A DNA stretch of 62,917 nucleotides, filler included, from Perkinsus chesapeaki ATCC PRA-425 (lineage: Eukaryota > Protista > Perkinsozoa): assembly GCA_013115145.1 (NCBI GenBank). It is 11 parts of 11 records of this genome, joined end to end, with 100 filler letters (N's around TTAATTAATTAA, not from the genome) between each part and the next. Parts side by side here need not be neighbours in the genome. Positions count along the whole stretch, not along the records: positions 1 to 25,112 come from JAAPAO010000534.1; positions 25,213 to 28,415 come from JAAPAO010001450.1; positions 28,516 to 33,265 come from JAAPAO010001228.1; positions 33,366 to 41,159 come from JAAPAO010001010.1; 7 more parts are not named here. One strand, 5' to 3'. The notes under the pieces were generated by a model. The model was not told the origin of the DNA. It was given only the letters and a program-made list of their open reading frames with translations, and searched no databases. Position 1 is the first letter of the stretch, and the number at the start of each line of letters is the position of its first letter. A program made the translations under genes and the position numbers. Below are positions 24,431-36,958 of the stretch, in pieces.

Positions 24431-25112
24431 TATTGAACGATCCTAATATGAAAGATATGTGGCGCGCGGGATATGCTACTCTGCGCAGCCGTAATATACC
24501 GCGCGCGTCCACTGCCACAGTGGCACTGCGCCGCCGTCATGATTTTGACCGGCCAATCCTTGATCGCCCAGGCCACGCTTGTCCCGCGCAATCTCCGATT
24601 GACCTCGCATTTATTTCTGAAATGCATAGACACTGAAATCTACAGTAGTAGTAATGTGACAGAAGTACTTTTGTACTGGAATAAATAACCATGATGACTC
24701 AATAACGTAACACCGGATCTATAACGAAATAGTTGATGCTTATATTAGGGTAGCTGGACCAGTACAGTTAATGTCGAGCCACAGATACGCAGAGTATATG
24801 ATGGAGAGACCTCGAGGATGGATCGTTAGGGAGATTGGAAAGTATTGGGCAAATTACTGCAAATGTGTGCGCCAAATGTGTCGCACAGTGTGCGTGTGCT
24901 ATGACAGTCATGGCATGACTGGTGCTCAACAAGGGATAAGTTGTGGATAGGGTGTACACAACACGTGATTCCATGGACATTCCATGCTCGTGCGAGTCGC
25001 ACGGTGCGACATTAGGGAATCATGCAAGAGAGTAAGTGACCTAGCAGCCGATCGTCCTGAGGCCGCTAGACGAAAAATCGGAGTGGTTGGTCAGCATGTG
25101 CGCCCACTGCAG

Positions 25113-25212
25113 NNNNNNNNNNNNNNNNNNNNNNNNNNNNNNNNNNNNNNNNNNNNTTAATTAATTAANNNNNNNNNNNNNNNNNNNNNNNNNNNNNNNN
25201 NNNNNNNNNNNN
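25113..25212. other. Artificial contig spacer (N-run + TTAATTAATTAA six-frame stop + N-run); first of ten
   Basis: The same 100-bp linker occurs at 25113, 28416, 33266, 41160, 46804, 49922, 53743, 57376, 60359 and 61562. Confidence 0.98.
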
Positions 25213-26626
25213 TAGCAATCTTTGATGTCATAAGAACAGTAACTATCAACGAACACGACAGAATTATTAATAAACGCTAATTGTGTCACCGCTGTCCCCA
25301 TGATAGCTGCGATCATCGGAACGCACACAATCCGTGCAAATGATTGGGGATTTTAGTAAAGCAAACTTCACGAATGTGACAACCGACACCTCAAGCAGGA
25401 GCTATATTATACAGTATGAAGGCCACACAGCACTTGGTACTCACTTCTGAGCATTACGAAACAATCGAGAGGCGCAACATAACACGCCCTTTAGTGACTT
25501 GAGAAACGTGTACTTGGAACCGAATTTCTGGTAGACTCTCCTTGAGGCTTCTTGGGCCCATAGAAATCCACACATCCCTCAAATGCTTATATTCGTCAGC
25601 GGCATACACACAATTATCTAATCGACACTGTACTTAACACGAATCGCTCATGGAAACCATTTGCACTAAATAACGTGGGAGGAGCAGCAGTTAATACCCT
25701 AAGGCTCATCAATGCTGCTGTTGTTGTGTCATAAATTTAAGATAGCTAGAGTATGCACCATCAGCTGGTGTCAGCACATGCACTGTACAATAGTAATCAT
25801 CGGCAAACTTTGCCAGATATCCGCCACAAACACCCACATCTGCTACGGCTAGAGTTGTAGACGAATGATGATGACTGGTAATTAGGCGACACCCGAAGAC
25901 ACCGGGGAGAGACCGAATCGCCGTGAGAAAACGTATACCTGACAAGGGGGGCTTAGCGGTTGCATTTCGGGTAGAATTTTTGCCATGTCGCCGTGGGGAG
26001 TCTGACTAGAGTATTTGAAAAAGCAAAAGTAATAATGCCAGACGACTACGACCATCATGTGCCATAGACAACAAGGTGACGTCGTGGAGTGGAGAAATGG
26101 ACGACCGGATCTGCGGGACATCATATATCCGAGTCATCGCGAAATAGTTTAATGAACAATTCAAACGGATCAAGTGAAAGGTCTACAGTGTAGACTCTAC
26201 ACAGAGAATGACCGAAGATACTTCGGGCTGATCAATTCAACACTTGGAACAGGTACCCAAATAAGGACGTACAGCCTAGTCCAAATTGATAGAATAATTC
26301 CTACTTGTTATTTCCCACTCAATATTAAGCGTTGCAGCTTGAAATTATAAACATGAGTCCTGCAGGATTCCTCACATTCATCAGTCACTAGCCTGTCCGA
26401 GTTCAGCAATGCCCCCAAATCCTCAGCCGTGCATGCTCGTTGCATCGACACCAATTGATTTACTCTGTTGGCTTCCAATATCACACCTGAACTCAAATGC
26501 TTCACTCCAAAACATTGTTGGCTCGATAAATCTTAGACTCCTGAAGTGAACGCAAGTTCTACTCAGGAGAACATGCAGGAGAATCTCCCAACATATTCAC
26601 CGCAGTAACGACTGTAGCGGGGACCC

Positions 26627-26735
26627 ATAAAATCCCATCGAACACGGGAGTGCGGGAGGAATACTCAAACCCGAAACCCGAACACACTCCAAAAGTTGAG
26701 CGGGAAGAGGTTTCGGTTTGGGTATCCATGTCAAA
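26627..26735. repeat. Dispersed repeat, copy 2 (inverted relative to 9688-9790)
   Basis: The reverse complement aligns with 9688-9790, with internal AACCCGAAACCCGAA motifs. Confidence 0.75.
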
Positions 26736-28011
26736 GCAGCAAGTGACCCAAGGCAAATCTAGGGGCCGTTCGTGCCCCAAGTGCCTATATCGGGCACAAA
26801 TGATGTGTGTGGAGTTTTTGGAAAGCCATTCTATTGAATGTCGCCATGACATTGTCATCGCCAAGTATGTCGTTTGGCAACGGTTGCGATGACAGTCTTG
26901 AACGCCCACAGTTATTGCTATAACTGGGCCTGAATAGTCTATCAGTGATAAACTCTACAGGGTGGGCGTTGCGACTTTCCAAGAGCCTTTAGGTCAGTGA
27001 TGCCTTGACATCGCCGTATTCAGGATGAGCCACCGATGATGCCGAAAGAGGTTAAAAATTTACAACAGCTACCTGTCACTATTTGGTGACCTTATGGTCG
27101 AACCAGGCTCAGCTCGACTACAAGCCGTGCCCGACAAACACATCGTATTTGTTATGAATCTTCAGTTAGAAGATGCCCCTATGGAGGTTGCTTCAATGTA
27201 GTGCAAATCCAATATCTTTGTTTCGTGCATTGTGTCTGAATTATTTGGGGCGTGCGTGCGGTACTCCCTTAATCTCAGGAGATTTCACAGCCGCTACATT
27301 CGCAAGCTCATTCCGCTTATCAGGAAATGCTCACACACTCTACGCATCAATCCTACAAACGTTACCCGGCAGACACCCGAACACTCAAGCTCAATTTAAA
27401 CTAAAGAGACCCCTTACCAATAACAGCCTTCCTGTGGCTGTCATCCAATACCGCCTTATCCACATCCTCCATTGTTATATCCCTCAGCGATGGTCTACCC
27501 ATCAATTGTGCTCCAGCTATGGCCAACTCATCATCAGTAGGACTGCCAGTATCCCAACGACTGGGAAGAATGAAAGGCTAGAATGGATCCTAGTAAATGT
27601 GATCCTAGTGGAGAGAAGAGAAGCAAGCGGATGGTCGGTTGCGGAGAGAACGGTATGAAGTCAAATATACGCATGTGAAGATACACAACTGAAGATACAC
27701 AACCGTGTGACCATATGAGGGTCAATCTACAGCAGGATAAGGCTAGTGGGGAAGGAAGGGCGGATTCTCAGCCCCACCCGGGCAGCCCGGGCCGGGCTGA
27801 GAATCCGCCCTTCCTTTCCCAGGCTAGGTATTGTGATAAGAAAGCGTTAACACCTATTGCGACATTAGACTTGACGACCACCCTAAACAGCGCTCAACGC
27901 GAAGTTGTCACGCAAGCATTTGAGGATCACTTTCATGTTTCGCGTGTTGAATCGGACATTACTGGGCTGTCCACATGCATTCAATTGCCTTTCAATTCAA
28001 GACCCGTTTCA

Positions 28012-28130
28012 CGAAATACCGGTCACTGAAACATTTCATGAAATTTCGGTGAAATTTCATCTGAAATTTGGACTCGCGAAATTTCATGAAATTTCACGAA
28101 ATTTCAACGGCACCGCTGAAATTTCAACGG
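28012..28130. repeat. Cluster of GAAATTTC(A) motifs, resembling a DNA-transposon subterminal region
   Basis: At least six (T/C)GAAATTT copies lie within about 120 bp. Confidence 0.6.
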
Positions 28131-28588
28131 TTGAGGAGATTTTATAGTACGATACACGCAGTGTGTCGAAGCGAAATCGGGGAGTATCCGGGCGGGCCCT
28201 AGGGGCCCGGTAGCTGTACGCCATAGCGATGTGACGCGATCGGAAGCTGTACGCAACCTACTCCAGGAGGCTTGCTAGCTAGGCTGCTCTGCTGGGTCGC
28301 TCCAAAGTCGCCTCGCGACAGTTTTTTCTTGGCCCTCCTCGGAGCTTTCTGCTTCTACCTCCATTAGCGATCCGTCGGTCCTCGCAACTCGCCCATTGTT
28401 TCTAGCGGTTCTGGCNNNNNNNNNNNNNNNNNNNNNNNNNNNNNNNNNNNNNNNNNNNNTTAATTAATTAANNNNNNNNNNNNNNNNNNNNNNNNNNNNN
28501 NNNNNNNNNNNNNNNCTATTCCAAAGTGTATAAAAGGAGAAGCTGCGGCCATCCTACTTTTAGTGCCTGCAGCTTGCGGGATTCCCTT

Positions 28589-31500
28589 CAGGGTTGGAAA
28601 ATATGCACATAGTCACCTACATATGTAGGTGAGGAAGGCACGGATTTTGAGGAAGGCCGGCAAATTGAGGAAAGGCCGACACAACCGAGGAAAATCGCTA
28701 AAAAAATCACCGAAAAATGAGTCGCAATAGTTTCTACAAGACGCCCTCTGAAAAGCTATTTATTTGATTCGCGGTTCTGCATCGCGGAGTCATCTCAACA
28801 TCACCATGAGATTTACAATGTATACTATACATGGAATCTATGTCATGGATCGTTCCCTCACCAGCACCAGCTTACGCCGTGTAAATGGCGCCGCGCAGTT
28901 TGCGCGCCGTCTCGTCTCGTGATACGATATGGTGGATACAGTCCCCATTATTGAGACACCGATTCGTTGTTTGCAAACAAGTTCCTGAGAAGTAATAGGT
29001 GACCTAATTTCGGTCAAGGCGCTTGAGCTTTCTTAATTAGTAGTTAATGTTATCAATACAGTGCTTTATTCTCGTGCAGTGCACTTCATAGTAAAGTCCC
29101 ATAGTCCTCCCATGTCTACTGCTGCCTCCAAGGAGATGTGGAAATGCGCGTACTGCCCAATAAGCGAGCCCGCTATGCGCTATGACAATTTGGTTCGCCA
29201 CACCCATAAGGTGCGCATAGGGAACATAACTCTCATATCTCGCGTATTTAAGGTGCACCCAGGACGTCCAGTGAAACCCCGTCCGCCAGCGGGGACCAGA
29301 GATATCATGTCAGCATTCGGCGCTAAGCGGGTATTGTCAGACGACCCCAGTGGTCCAGAGCCGAAAGCTCACCGGCGTCAGGGAGATGCAAGTCGAAGTG
29401 GAGAAGGGGAAGGACCGCATAGGTATCTTGATGACCCTCATCATGTTCCAGCTTTCGGAGGGTCATCCTCTTCGTCGTCATCCACTTCATCTACCTTAAG
29501 ACCAATTGTTGCTGCGACAGGGCAGACGCCCTCTTCATCTTCGTCATCTCAGCCGGCTCGCCCGTGGAGTGGGGCTCCGTCCGACAGGCCCGATGCTTCG
29601 GGCTTACCTGTCCATGATCCTTTAACGGAGGCCTCGGGGAGCGCTGTTGCTCCGGCCGGCCGTGCATTCGGGAGGCGCGAGGGGGCTACTCTGGCCAATC
29701 AAGAGCATATCATTCGCGAGCTTGCTAGTCTCAAGTCTTCTCTAGATAAGGTTCTTGAAGTCGAAGCAAGCAAACATGCTCGCAGTGATTTTGTAACCGC
29801 TGTTAAATCCGTCTCGCCGGAATTCCGCGTCGATTGGACCTCAGGACTCGTGATATGCAGTGTATGCGAGAAGCATAAGTATAAGCTATCTAGATCGGAC
29901 TTGCCCGTTCAAGCTGAGCGCACTGGCAAGTTTGACATTGGTGGACCAGCTCTGACCGCAGCGAAGAAAAGGACACTGCTGGAGTCACTGAAGACTCACG
30001 GTGGCACCGCCACACATAAGCGATGCGCAGAGCTGGGCCAGAAAGCTGCTGATGATGTCGCCCATAAGGTGAGGATGAACGTAGCACGAGTGGCTTACCT
30101 AACGGTCATCGAGGGTGACAGCTTCTCAAGATTTGAGCGTTCCGTTGCCGCTCTCGCACTTGCCGGTTCCTCTGTGGGGGACCAGAACCACTCCCGGAGG
30201 TTCATGGACAATTTTCTCGTGGCTATGCGCCTAGAACTGCTAGCGCGTATGACTTACGTCATCACTGCGCCTCGCGCGTCTTTAGGGAACAGATGCTGTC
30301 CTTTTGGTATTGCCACGGATAAAGTGACACTTTCTAAAAGAACATTACAACCGCTATCTGTGACTACCATTTCCAATGGCCTGATAACATCTTACTTGGT
30401 TGGGTCTCCCGTAGCCTCTGATAAGTCAGGGCTGGGATTGGCATCCTTGGCACTAGATACAATCCTTGGCATGGGGCTGTCGAAGGAGTTTGTCTCGAAG
30501 AACTGTGTGAGTTTGTCCACCGATGGGGAGTACTTGAACTTGAGAGCAGGCGAGAGGCTAAGCGAACTTCTTGGCGTCGACGATGACGCTCAGCTCTATC
30601 ACGGGTGGGATATAGCCCATAGGTTAGAGCTGTGCCATGACGATGCCCATAAGACAGTCGATCTAAGGGGAATGTTGCACTCTGAGGTAAAAAGTCAGAT
30701 AGGCTCGAGTTATGAGAGAACTCGTATGGCTGCAGAAAGTATTGGGGTAAAGTTCTACTCTCCCCTTTCGTATTGCAAAACGAGGTGGGCCAGCTCTGAA
30801 CGACGGGTATTGGTGAATTTCGGTCGGAACCTGCGCGCTATCTACCATGCTGATGGGTGTCCCGACCGTCCCAAGTATCTTGAAGCGGGCTGGGTATGCA
30901 CGTATGTGGTGGTCTTGAATAGTATGGTTTCTGCTTCTTTGATTTCCCAGAAGGTTACATTACGGCCCTGGCAAGTATGGAAGGCCGTCTGTGATCACAG
31001 GGACCGCCTCATATTGGCGGAAGTCGAGCTTCAGCTTTTTATCGAATCTGCGAAAGCCGACACTCTGTCGCAATCCGACTTCAAGCTTGAATCTTTCCCC
31101 TCTTTCGCGAAGTTTAACATTGAGGAAGAAACATGGTGCGGGTTACCGTTGTGGTGGTCTTCAAAGTACAAGCTGCATCAGGTCATTGTTTACTATTGCG
31201 AACAAGCTTCGTCATGGCTCCATCTTTTGATACATGCTTTAGGGTCCAGAATACTACACGATATTCCTGAGTGGCTCAGGCTCTCAGAGTATTCTTTGGG
31301 AGCAGAAGCTCTACTCGGACAGGAAAGGCTTGAGCTGTTGAAGCATTCCTACGATATGCCGGTAGCACCCGGTGATGGATCTTTTCAAGCAGCAGATGAG
31401 CTAGTACGTTCGAGGAATGAAGCTTTCAGGGAACTGTCCGCTTGGGTTGCAAACTATGCGAGTTACGATTTCGACCTTGACAAGTTGGACTCGCAGTATG

Positions 31501-32416
31501 AGCTACTTGTGCAGAGAGTACGTGATCTCACAAAGGATGCCGAGGCTGGCACGATTGACATCTGTGAATTATGGCAGCGAGTCCACTGCATGCCTTCCGT
31601 CTTCACAGGGATTGAGGATGCCTTGTATATCTGTGCACATGCATCCCTGAAGGCATCCACCGAAAGCATTGTTGAGTCCCAATGCTCTTCACTAGGGGCA
31701 ATTGATGATCGACGTCATATCTCAAGCCAGGGTCGAGCAGACACTGCCCTTCTGACGTGGAATCGCATAGGTCTGGATCACCAGGAGCAGTTTCTTGAGG
31801 GATCGTTGCGGCGTATGCCACCATCTTTTCGTGGGTTTACGCGGTCTGGCCGTCAGTTCTTCCGAGACAAGAAATATCGAGTATCGCAAGTTGTCGACAG
31901 ACACCTGAGCGATACCAGCAGAACAGAAATAGCTAACGTGCCGATGGGCGCCATTAATAGGAACCGCTTGGATATTCCTGATGATAACAATGGCGATAGC
32001 TCTGATACAGAAGCAAAGCATTCTGATTCATCAAACGATGAGTGATCTTCAGCCATTGATACGGACTAGGTTAGTTGGCTCAAAAGAGACAACTTCTAAA
32101 TTCATTATCTTTACGCAAAGACTTTGCCAATTTGAAATAGCGTTGTGCTTATCCATATATATGTGCTTACTCGATGCCGTTGTGAAATGTAGTCAAAGTT
32201 GAGTTTAAGTTTTCAATTTTCTTGTGGCAGTTTATCAACTGGTTCAGATCCCATATGCTATTAACAATAGCCATAGAAGATTTCTCGATTCCCTTTAATT
32301 CTCTTTTCCATTACTTTTCGTGAGGCACTGCCCGAAAATTAATGTGTACAGCGCAGAAACTCAGTGAGGAAGCTCTTTCTCTCAACTGAGGAGGCTGTGC
32401 AGATTTTCCAACCCTG
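28589..32416 (+). mobile_element. Complete hAT DNA transposon, 3828 bp, with 20-bp TIRs and an 8-bp TSD
   Basis: Left end CAGGGTTGGAAAATATGCAC (28589-28608). Right end GTGCAGATTTTCCAACCCTG (32397-32416), 19/20 inverted match. ATTCCCTT flanks both ends (28581-28588 and 32417-32424). Confidence 0.95.
29112..32045 (+). CDS. Intact hAT transposase (ZNF862/TTF-zinc-finger-like subgroup)
   Basis: Open frame with a probable in-frame 42-bp intron (29211-29252) that restores C..C...RHTHKVH. A second finger ICSVC...HGGTATH follows. D in IATDKVT, D in LSTDGE, WDIAHRLEL, KTRWAS, E in STESIVES. Confidence 0.85.
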   Translation: MSTAASKEMWKCAYCPISEPAMRYDNLVRHTHKVRIGNITLISRVFKVHPGRPVKPRPPAGTRDIMSAFGAKRVLSDDPSGPEPKAHRRQGDASRSGEGEGPHRYLDDPHHVPAFGGSSSSSSSTSSTLRPIVAATGQTPSSSSSSQPARPWSGAPSDRPDASGLPVHDPLTEASGSAVAPAGRAFGRREGATLANQEHIIRELASLKSSLDKVLEVEASKHARSDFVTAVKSVSPEFRVDWTSGLVICSVCEKHKYKLSRSDLPVQAERTGKFDIGGPALTAAKKRTLLESLKTHGGTATHKRCAELGQKAADDVAHKVRMNVARVAYLTVIEGDSFSRFERSVAALALAGSSVGDQNHSRRFMDNFLVAMRLELLARMTYVITAPRASLGNRCCPFGIATDKVTLSKRTLQPLSVTTISNGLITSYLVGSPVASDKSGLGLASLALDTILGMGLSKEFVSKNCVSLSTDGEYLNLRAGERLSELLGVDDDAQLYHGWDIAHRLELCHDDAHKTVDLRGMLHSEVKSQIGSSYERTRMAAESIGVKFYSPLSYCKTRWASSERRVLVNFGRNLRAIYHADGCPDRPKYLEAGWVCTYVVVLNSMVSASLISQKVTLRPWQVWKAVCDHRDRLILAEVELQLFIESAKADTLSQSDFKLESFPSFAKFNIEEETWCGLPLWWSSKYKLHQVIVYYCEQASSWLHLLIHALGSRILHDIPEWLRLSEYSLGAEALLGQERLELLKHSYDMPVAPGDGSFQAADELVRSRNEAFRELSAWVANYASYDFDLDKLDSQYELLVQRVRDLTKDAEAGTIDICELWQRVHCMPSVFTGIEDALYICAHASLKASTESIVESQCSSLGAIDDRRHISSQGRADTALLTWNRIGLDHQEQFLEGSLRRMPPSFRGFTRSGRQFFRDKKYRVSQVVDRHLSDTSRTEIANVPMGAINRNRLDIPDDNNGDSSDTEAKHSDSSNDE

Positions 32417-33873
32417 ATTCCCTTTACGTGGCATAAGCTGCATTTGAATGGTATTGGCAACACCTTTGGTGGTTTTGGCATAACGGGCAACGGTTTGCAT
32501 GGTTTTACTATAACTATTCCGGATGATAAAAAAGAGAAAATTAGGAGTCAAATCAAACACATTCTGGATCGTGGAAAAGTTGACTATCATGGAATCGAAA
32601 AGCTGATTGGACGACTTGGTTTTGCGGTACAAATATGTCCTGTCTATCGTTCAGGGTTGGCAGTGATGTATAGCGTAAAGTCTGTGATGTACAAGAAGAA
32701 CTTGTGGTCTATTAAATGTACCGAAAAGTTGGAATCCTGTCTCAAACGATGGTTGGATATTATGGATGAAAAGTTCGAGAGATCCATAGATGCTGTCGAG
32801 AATGGGAGGCACGATCCAGGAAAATGTCTCGTTCTGGCAGATGCCTCGACTCGCGCTATAGGATCTATCATTTTAGAGAAGGACAAAGGCGGTTGTTACT
32901 GTCGGCTAAAGATGGAAGATTTATTGGAGCTGGAAGATTTTCATGTGCACAATAGTGGCCCTTCTTGTGCGAATATGGTGACCTATGAGCTGGCAGCTGT
33001 ATCAATGGGTGTTATAGAAGCGAGACGTAGAGGGTACAGCGGTGATGAAATCTGGGTACTCTCGGACTCCCTTTCTGGAGTATCATTGATGAGAAAGGGG
33101 TTTTCGTCCAAGATTGGTCCGGCAAATGTGGTGGCTGCAATTACCCGACTCATAACTGAAGGAGTGCATATATCAGACCGGACCCTCTATATCCACCATA
33201 TTGATGGGGAGCAGAATGAGATGGCTGATAGAATCTCTCGGGAGCTAAGTTATCGGCCTATTGGTNNNNNNNNNNNNNNNNNNNNNNNNNNNNNNNNNNN
33301 NNNNNNNNNTTAATTAATTAANNNNNNNNNNNNNNNNNNNNNNNNNNNNNNNNNNNNNNNNNNNNTTATTATAACTAGTATGCTTGACACGTGAGAGGTT
33401 CGATGGGTAACCCAACACCCACGGCAAAACCGTTTTGTCCGGCCTAGGAAAAACGTCCTTTGTTTCCCGGGAAGGGAAATTCCCGGGAATTTCCCGGGAA
33501 AATCCCGGGAAATTTCCCAATTTTTCTCTGTCGGCGGATGTTCCATCCACCGACATGAATCGTGGAGGTTATCCCCCAACGACTTGACATAACACGAATA
33601 TCAGACGTAAGGCTAAGCTAGACGTTTTACACCTGCCTTTCATGACGGATCTAACACAGGTAAATAGCCTATTAAATAGGTTTTTAGATAACCTACCCAA
33701 TACCAAGACCGATTGTCTTGTTGGTTTAACCAAATTGGTTAAGAGAGGATCGATTCTACGACACATTCATAGTTCTACTAATCGATTCTGCGCCGCAGAA
33801 TCTGCGGCACATTTTGTGCCCAGTGTTCTCGGTCATTTTGCTAGTTAGATTAGTTCTTATCTCACATACCTGA

Positions 33874-33930
33874 GGTATGATGCTTCCGTACATAACAATA
33901 GACTATTGTTATGTATGGAAGCATCATACC
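33874..33930. repeat. Near-perfect 57-bp palindrome/hairpin (28-bp arms, 1-nt loop)
   Basis: GGTATGATGCTTCCGTACATAACAATAG-A-CTATTGTTATGTATGGAAGCATCATACC, with one G:T mismatch. Confidence 0.9.
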
Positions 33931-34285
33931 AGTTCAAAATAGTAAATAGTTAGTTACAGGTACTATTCGTTACAATCTTGAGCACTTCACATTCCTTTAA
34001 ACTTTCTTCACTTGATCAGATCCAGGTCTTGCTACTTCTTGCGTGCTCTTGACAATCCTTTACTCATCTCTACCTCGAACATAACGCTTATCGTAACGTA
34101 TTGTTTTAAACGAATCGTTTACGTAACGCTCGAGTTAGCAGTCCTGACACAATGTGTGTCTCACAAATGGCTCGCCAACTTCCACTATATATGGTATATA
34201 ATATGATTTTGTGGCTATTAGTTAGGCAAGTAGCCTTTCGTTCGAGTCTCTAACTGCGAGATTTTCCCTTGATGACATAGAGTTG

Positions 34286-36958
34286 ATGCCTCGCACTACG
34301 CGGTGTGCCAATGTATGCCATGATACCTCCGAGGAATTCCACCGGTATCTGATAGCGGCAGCCACACGCAACGGGTGGTCAGACAACTCTCTAACCTCTG
34401 CCGATCTAACCGATGCTATAAAACTCTTGCGGCCCGGCTATACACCATTATCTAGACGGAGGATTCGAGAGGTGGGTTTCATCGCACGGCAATCATCAAA
34501 TGGCAATCTTCGCTTTTCGCTCGTTATGCTTCTTCCCCTAGGTAAAGGAGGAGCTTTTTCGCACTGCCATGAACTCGGTTGAAGATCGGCTCTCGAGAGC
34601 CGCTGTTTCCAAGGAACCGGGAATCTCTGTATCAATCGACAGCTGGACTCCAGATGGTCATCGGGTTCCAATGCTTGCAGTGGCAGTGACCTACATGATC
34701 GGTGATATCGCCGAGCCGCTATTCAAGACTTGCCCTCTTATACTGCGAGCCTTGGGAAAAACCGAGCGAGAAACGTCGGATACAATCGAAGAAGTACTAA
34801 GATTGGAAATTGACAAAATACGGTCATGTAATAATATGGTCACACATCAGTGCGACCACTCTTTAGGGGGGGTCAACAAAATATGCAGCATACTGAGTGA
34901 CAATGCCAGTAATGTTACTGCAGGGCGCCAAAGGATCGTTGATACTGAGAACCGTGATGAGTTTTGTACCCTCTCTATCGGGTGCATTTCTCATATGAAC
35001 AGCATTTTATGCAAGGAGCTGACTGGACTGGTCAAGAGGGATAATATAGTTACAAGAACCGGACAATTTTACCCCATTATAGAGGTGTGCGAACTCACTC
35101 ACCGTTTAACTACGAGCTCATTCCCATGCCGCCAGTACAAAGGAACTCGTATCTTGCTAGTAGCCGAGACTAGATGGGCAAGCGCCCTGAGAAGCATGGA
35201 ATCGCTGTGGGATAATTTTAATCAAGTTAAGTTGCTGCTCCAGGAGCTTCGGGAAGTCCATTGGGGAAGGTAATACCGGGATTATGACTCCCATCAATGA
35301 TGAGCCATCATAGTTGTGATCATGTTACGTAACGACGTTAACATTGATTAACCTATAGTATAGGTCCTATACTCGTGAGATAGCGCATCGCACTGTAAAT
35401 TACTTTCTGCAGTAGGCGGCCTATTATAGCCTATAATTTATAGGCCCTACATTAATCCGCCTAATGAGACACATAATGTGTCACACATCCGCTACTAATG
35501 GATGGTTATTGGTACTGAGCTTAATGGGTATAGTAGTCCGCTAATTAGCTTTAGTTAGCCATTAATAACAGCCGACTGCATTTAAAAGATAGTCCTTTTG
35601 CTCAGTCTTTCCACCGTTGTGAAGGATTTGTGGAGCGAAGTGAACACCAAGTTCAGCGACGATTCTCTATTTGGTCGCTTAACTACTGCCCTGGAAGCCC
35701 TGCGACCCCTTAGTATACTTAACACACTACTCCAAGACGACACAACTACGCTCTACCGTGCGATCGAAGAGGTCTCCCGAGTATATACCGCACTAAGAAA
35801 CTCAAAAGAGCTTTCGTATCAATCCAGAGCGATGGTCGCTCATAGGTGAGTTGGAGTCGGGCAACGTGACATGGGTAGCCACTGGCAACTTGCCAGACAT
35901 TGCTCGAAACCGCTCATACAAGTTACGGCGACCATACCACCTATTGTATGCGCTTCATCTCATTCAGGCTCGAACGGTGCCTCCGTGGACGCCAGTGGGT
36001 TTTACAGATGGACCCAAGAAGTATTCCCGATAGCTTGGCTACAAGGAAGGAAATGGCGCAGTCGACAATGCAGATCTTGAAAGATTTTTGCTATAACAGC
36101 AAAGAACTGGATTTCGAGGAATGTATCAACGATGTGCTGCATTTCTTTTTAAGAACAGGTGAGGAGATGATGCATAGCAGCTCGGCCAATCGGCCAGCAT
36201 TAGGCCCTCACCAGTCTTACACGCAGAGGGAAATAAAGCAGATGCATCCTGGATCATACTGGTCCATTTTCGAGAGGTCATCTCCCGTTGCGAAGTATAT
36301 ATGTCAGTGCTGTCGTGCGCCTGCTGGAACCAGCTCGTTGGAGAGAATATTCTCCGTAGCCAAATGGGCTACGAAAACAAGGTAAAATAGCGAATTGTAG
36401 TGGTCGTAATAAATAAAATTTAAGTTACTGAATGACTTTGATACCACGATTGCTCCGTTTTTAGAACAAATATATCATCCACGAGTATTTATCGCGATAC
36501 TTGTATCAAGTGGTACCAGATCCAGAAAAACCCTCCGAGGCCGAAAAAGGTAGACACTGCTGGTCATTGGTCCGCTCCCTTGGTCTCATTTTCAGGCCGA
36601 TAAAGCAAAACATGGAGCGAAGGATACCGTAAGTGAAATCATGAGCGATTCAGATGACATCTATGATGGTAGTAGCACTACCATAGCACTTAGGGGGGCG
36701 TCGGCTTTTAGTACAACGGTTCTACTGAGTGGCTTTATCTGTGAAAGACTCGATGTGTCACGTCCTTCGAAGGAGGCTCCTTCAAGGAGCTTTCTGCACG
36801 GAAAGCTGGTTCAGGGCATCGATCAGAGCATCGCTCTCAGAGCTCGAATCGACGTTCCATCGAGCAGCGACGAAGAGTCTATCTCAGAAGCTACCTACCC
36901 CGCATCCAAACAAAGAGGTGGTCGAGGAAAGCATCTTAGGAGTCACAGAAAGCGTTAA
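34286..36958 (+). CDS. hAT transposase, catalytic paralog A (8 exons, about 643 aa, no BED finger seen)
   Basis: Exons 34286-34471, 34542-34827, 34867-35269, 35606-35845, 35968-36158, 36204-36381, 36465-36549 and 36596-36958 are all phase-compatible and stop-free. Motifs LLRPGY, D in SIDSW (34638), D in LSDNASN (34899), CISH, ETRWAS, MDPR, E in SSLERIFS (36341). Confidence 0.85.

Larger units (their letters stand above)
28516..33265 (+). mobile_element. DIRS/tyrosine-recombinase-retrotransposon-like RT-connection + RNase H ORF, interrupted by the hAT element
   Basis: Removing the hAT and one TSD joins 28518-28588 to 32425 onward in frame: ...AILLLVPAACGIPFTWHKLHLNGIGNTFGGF...IEKLIGRLGF...VLADASTRAIG...YELAAV...LSDSLSG...HHIDGEQNEMADRISR. 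The ORF is cut by spacers on both sides. Confidence 0.7.

Noticed and set aside
25157-25168. TTAATTAATTAA repeated ten times
   Set aside because: It is an assembly linker with six-frame stops, not biology. ORFs ending in X...LIN are artefacts.
27173-27658. 161-aa ORF and neighbouring ORFs at 25700-27900
   Set aside because: They have no ATG context, domain or splice pattern that I can support, and are probably decayed repeat sequence.
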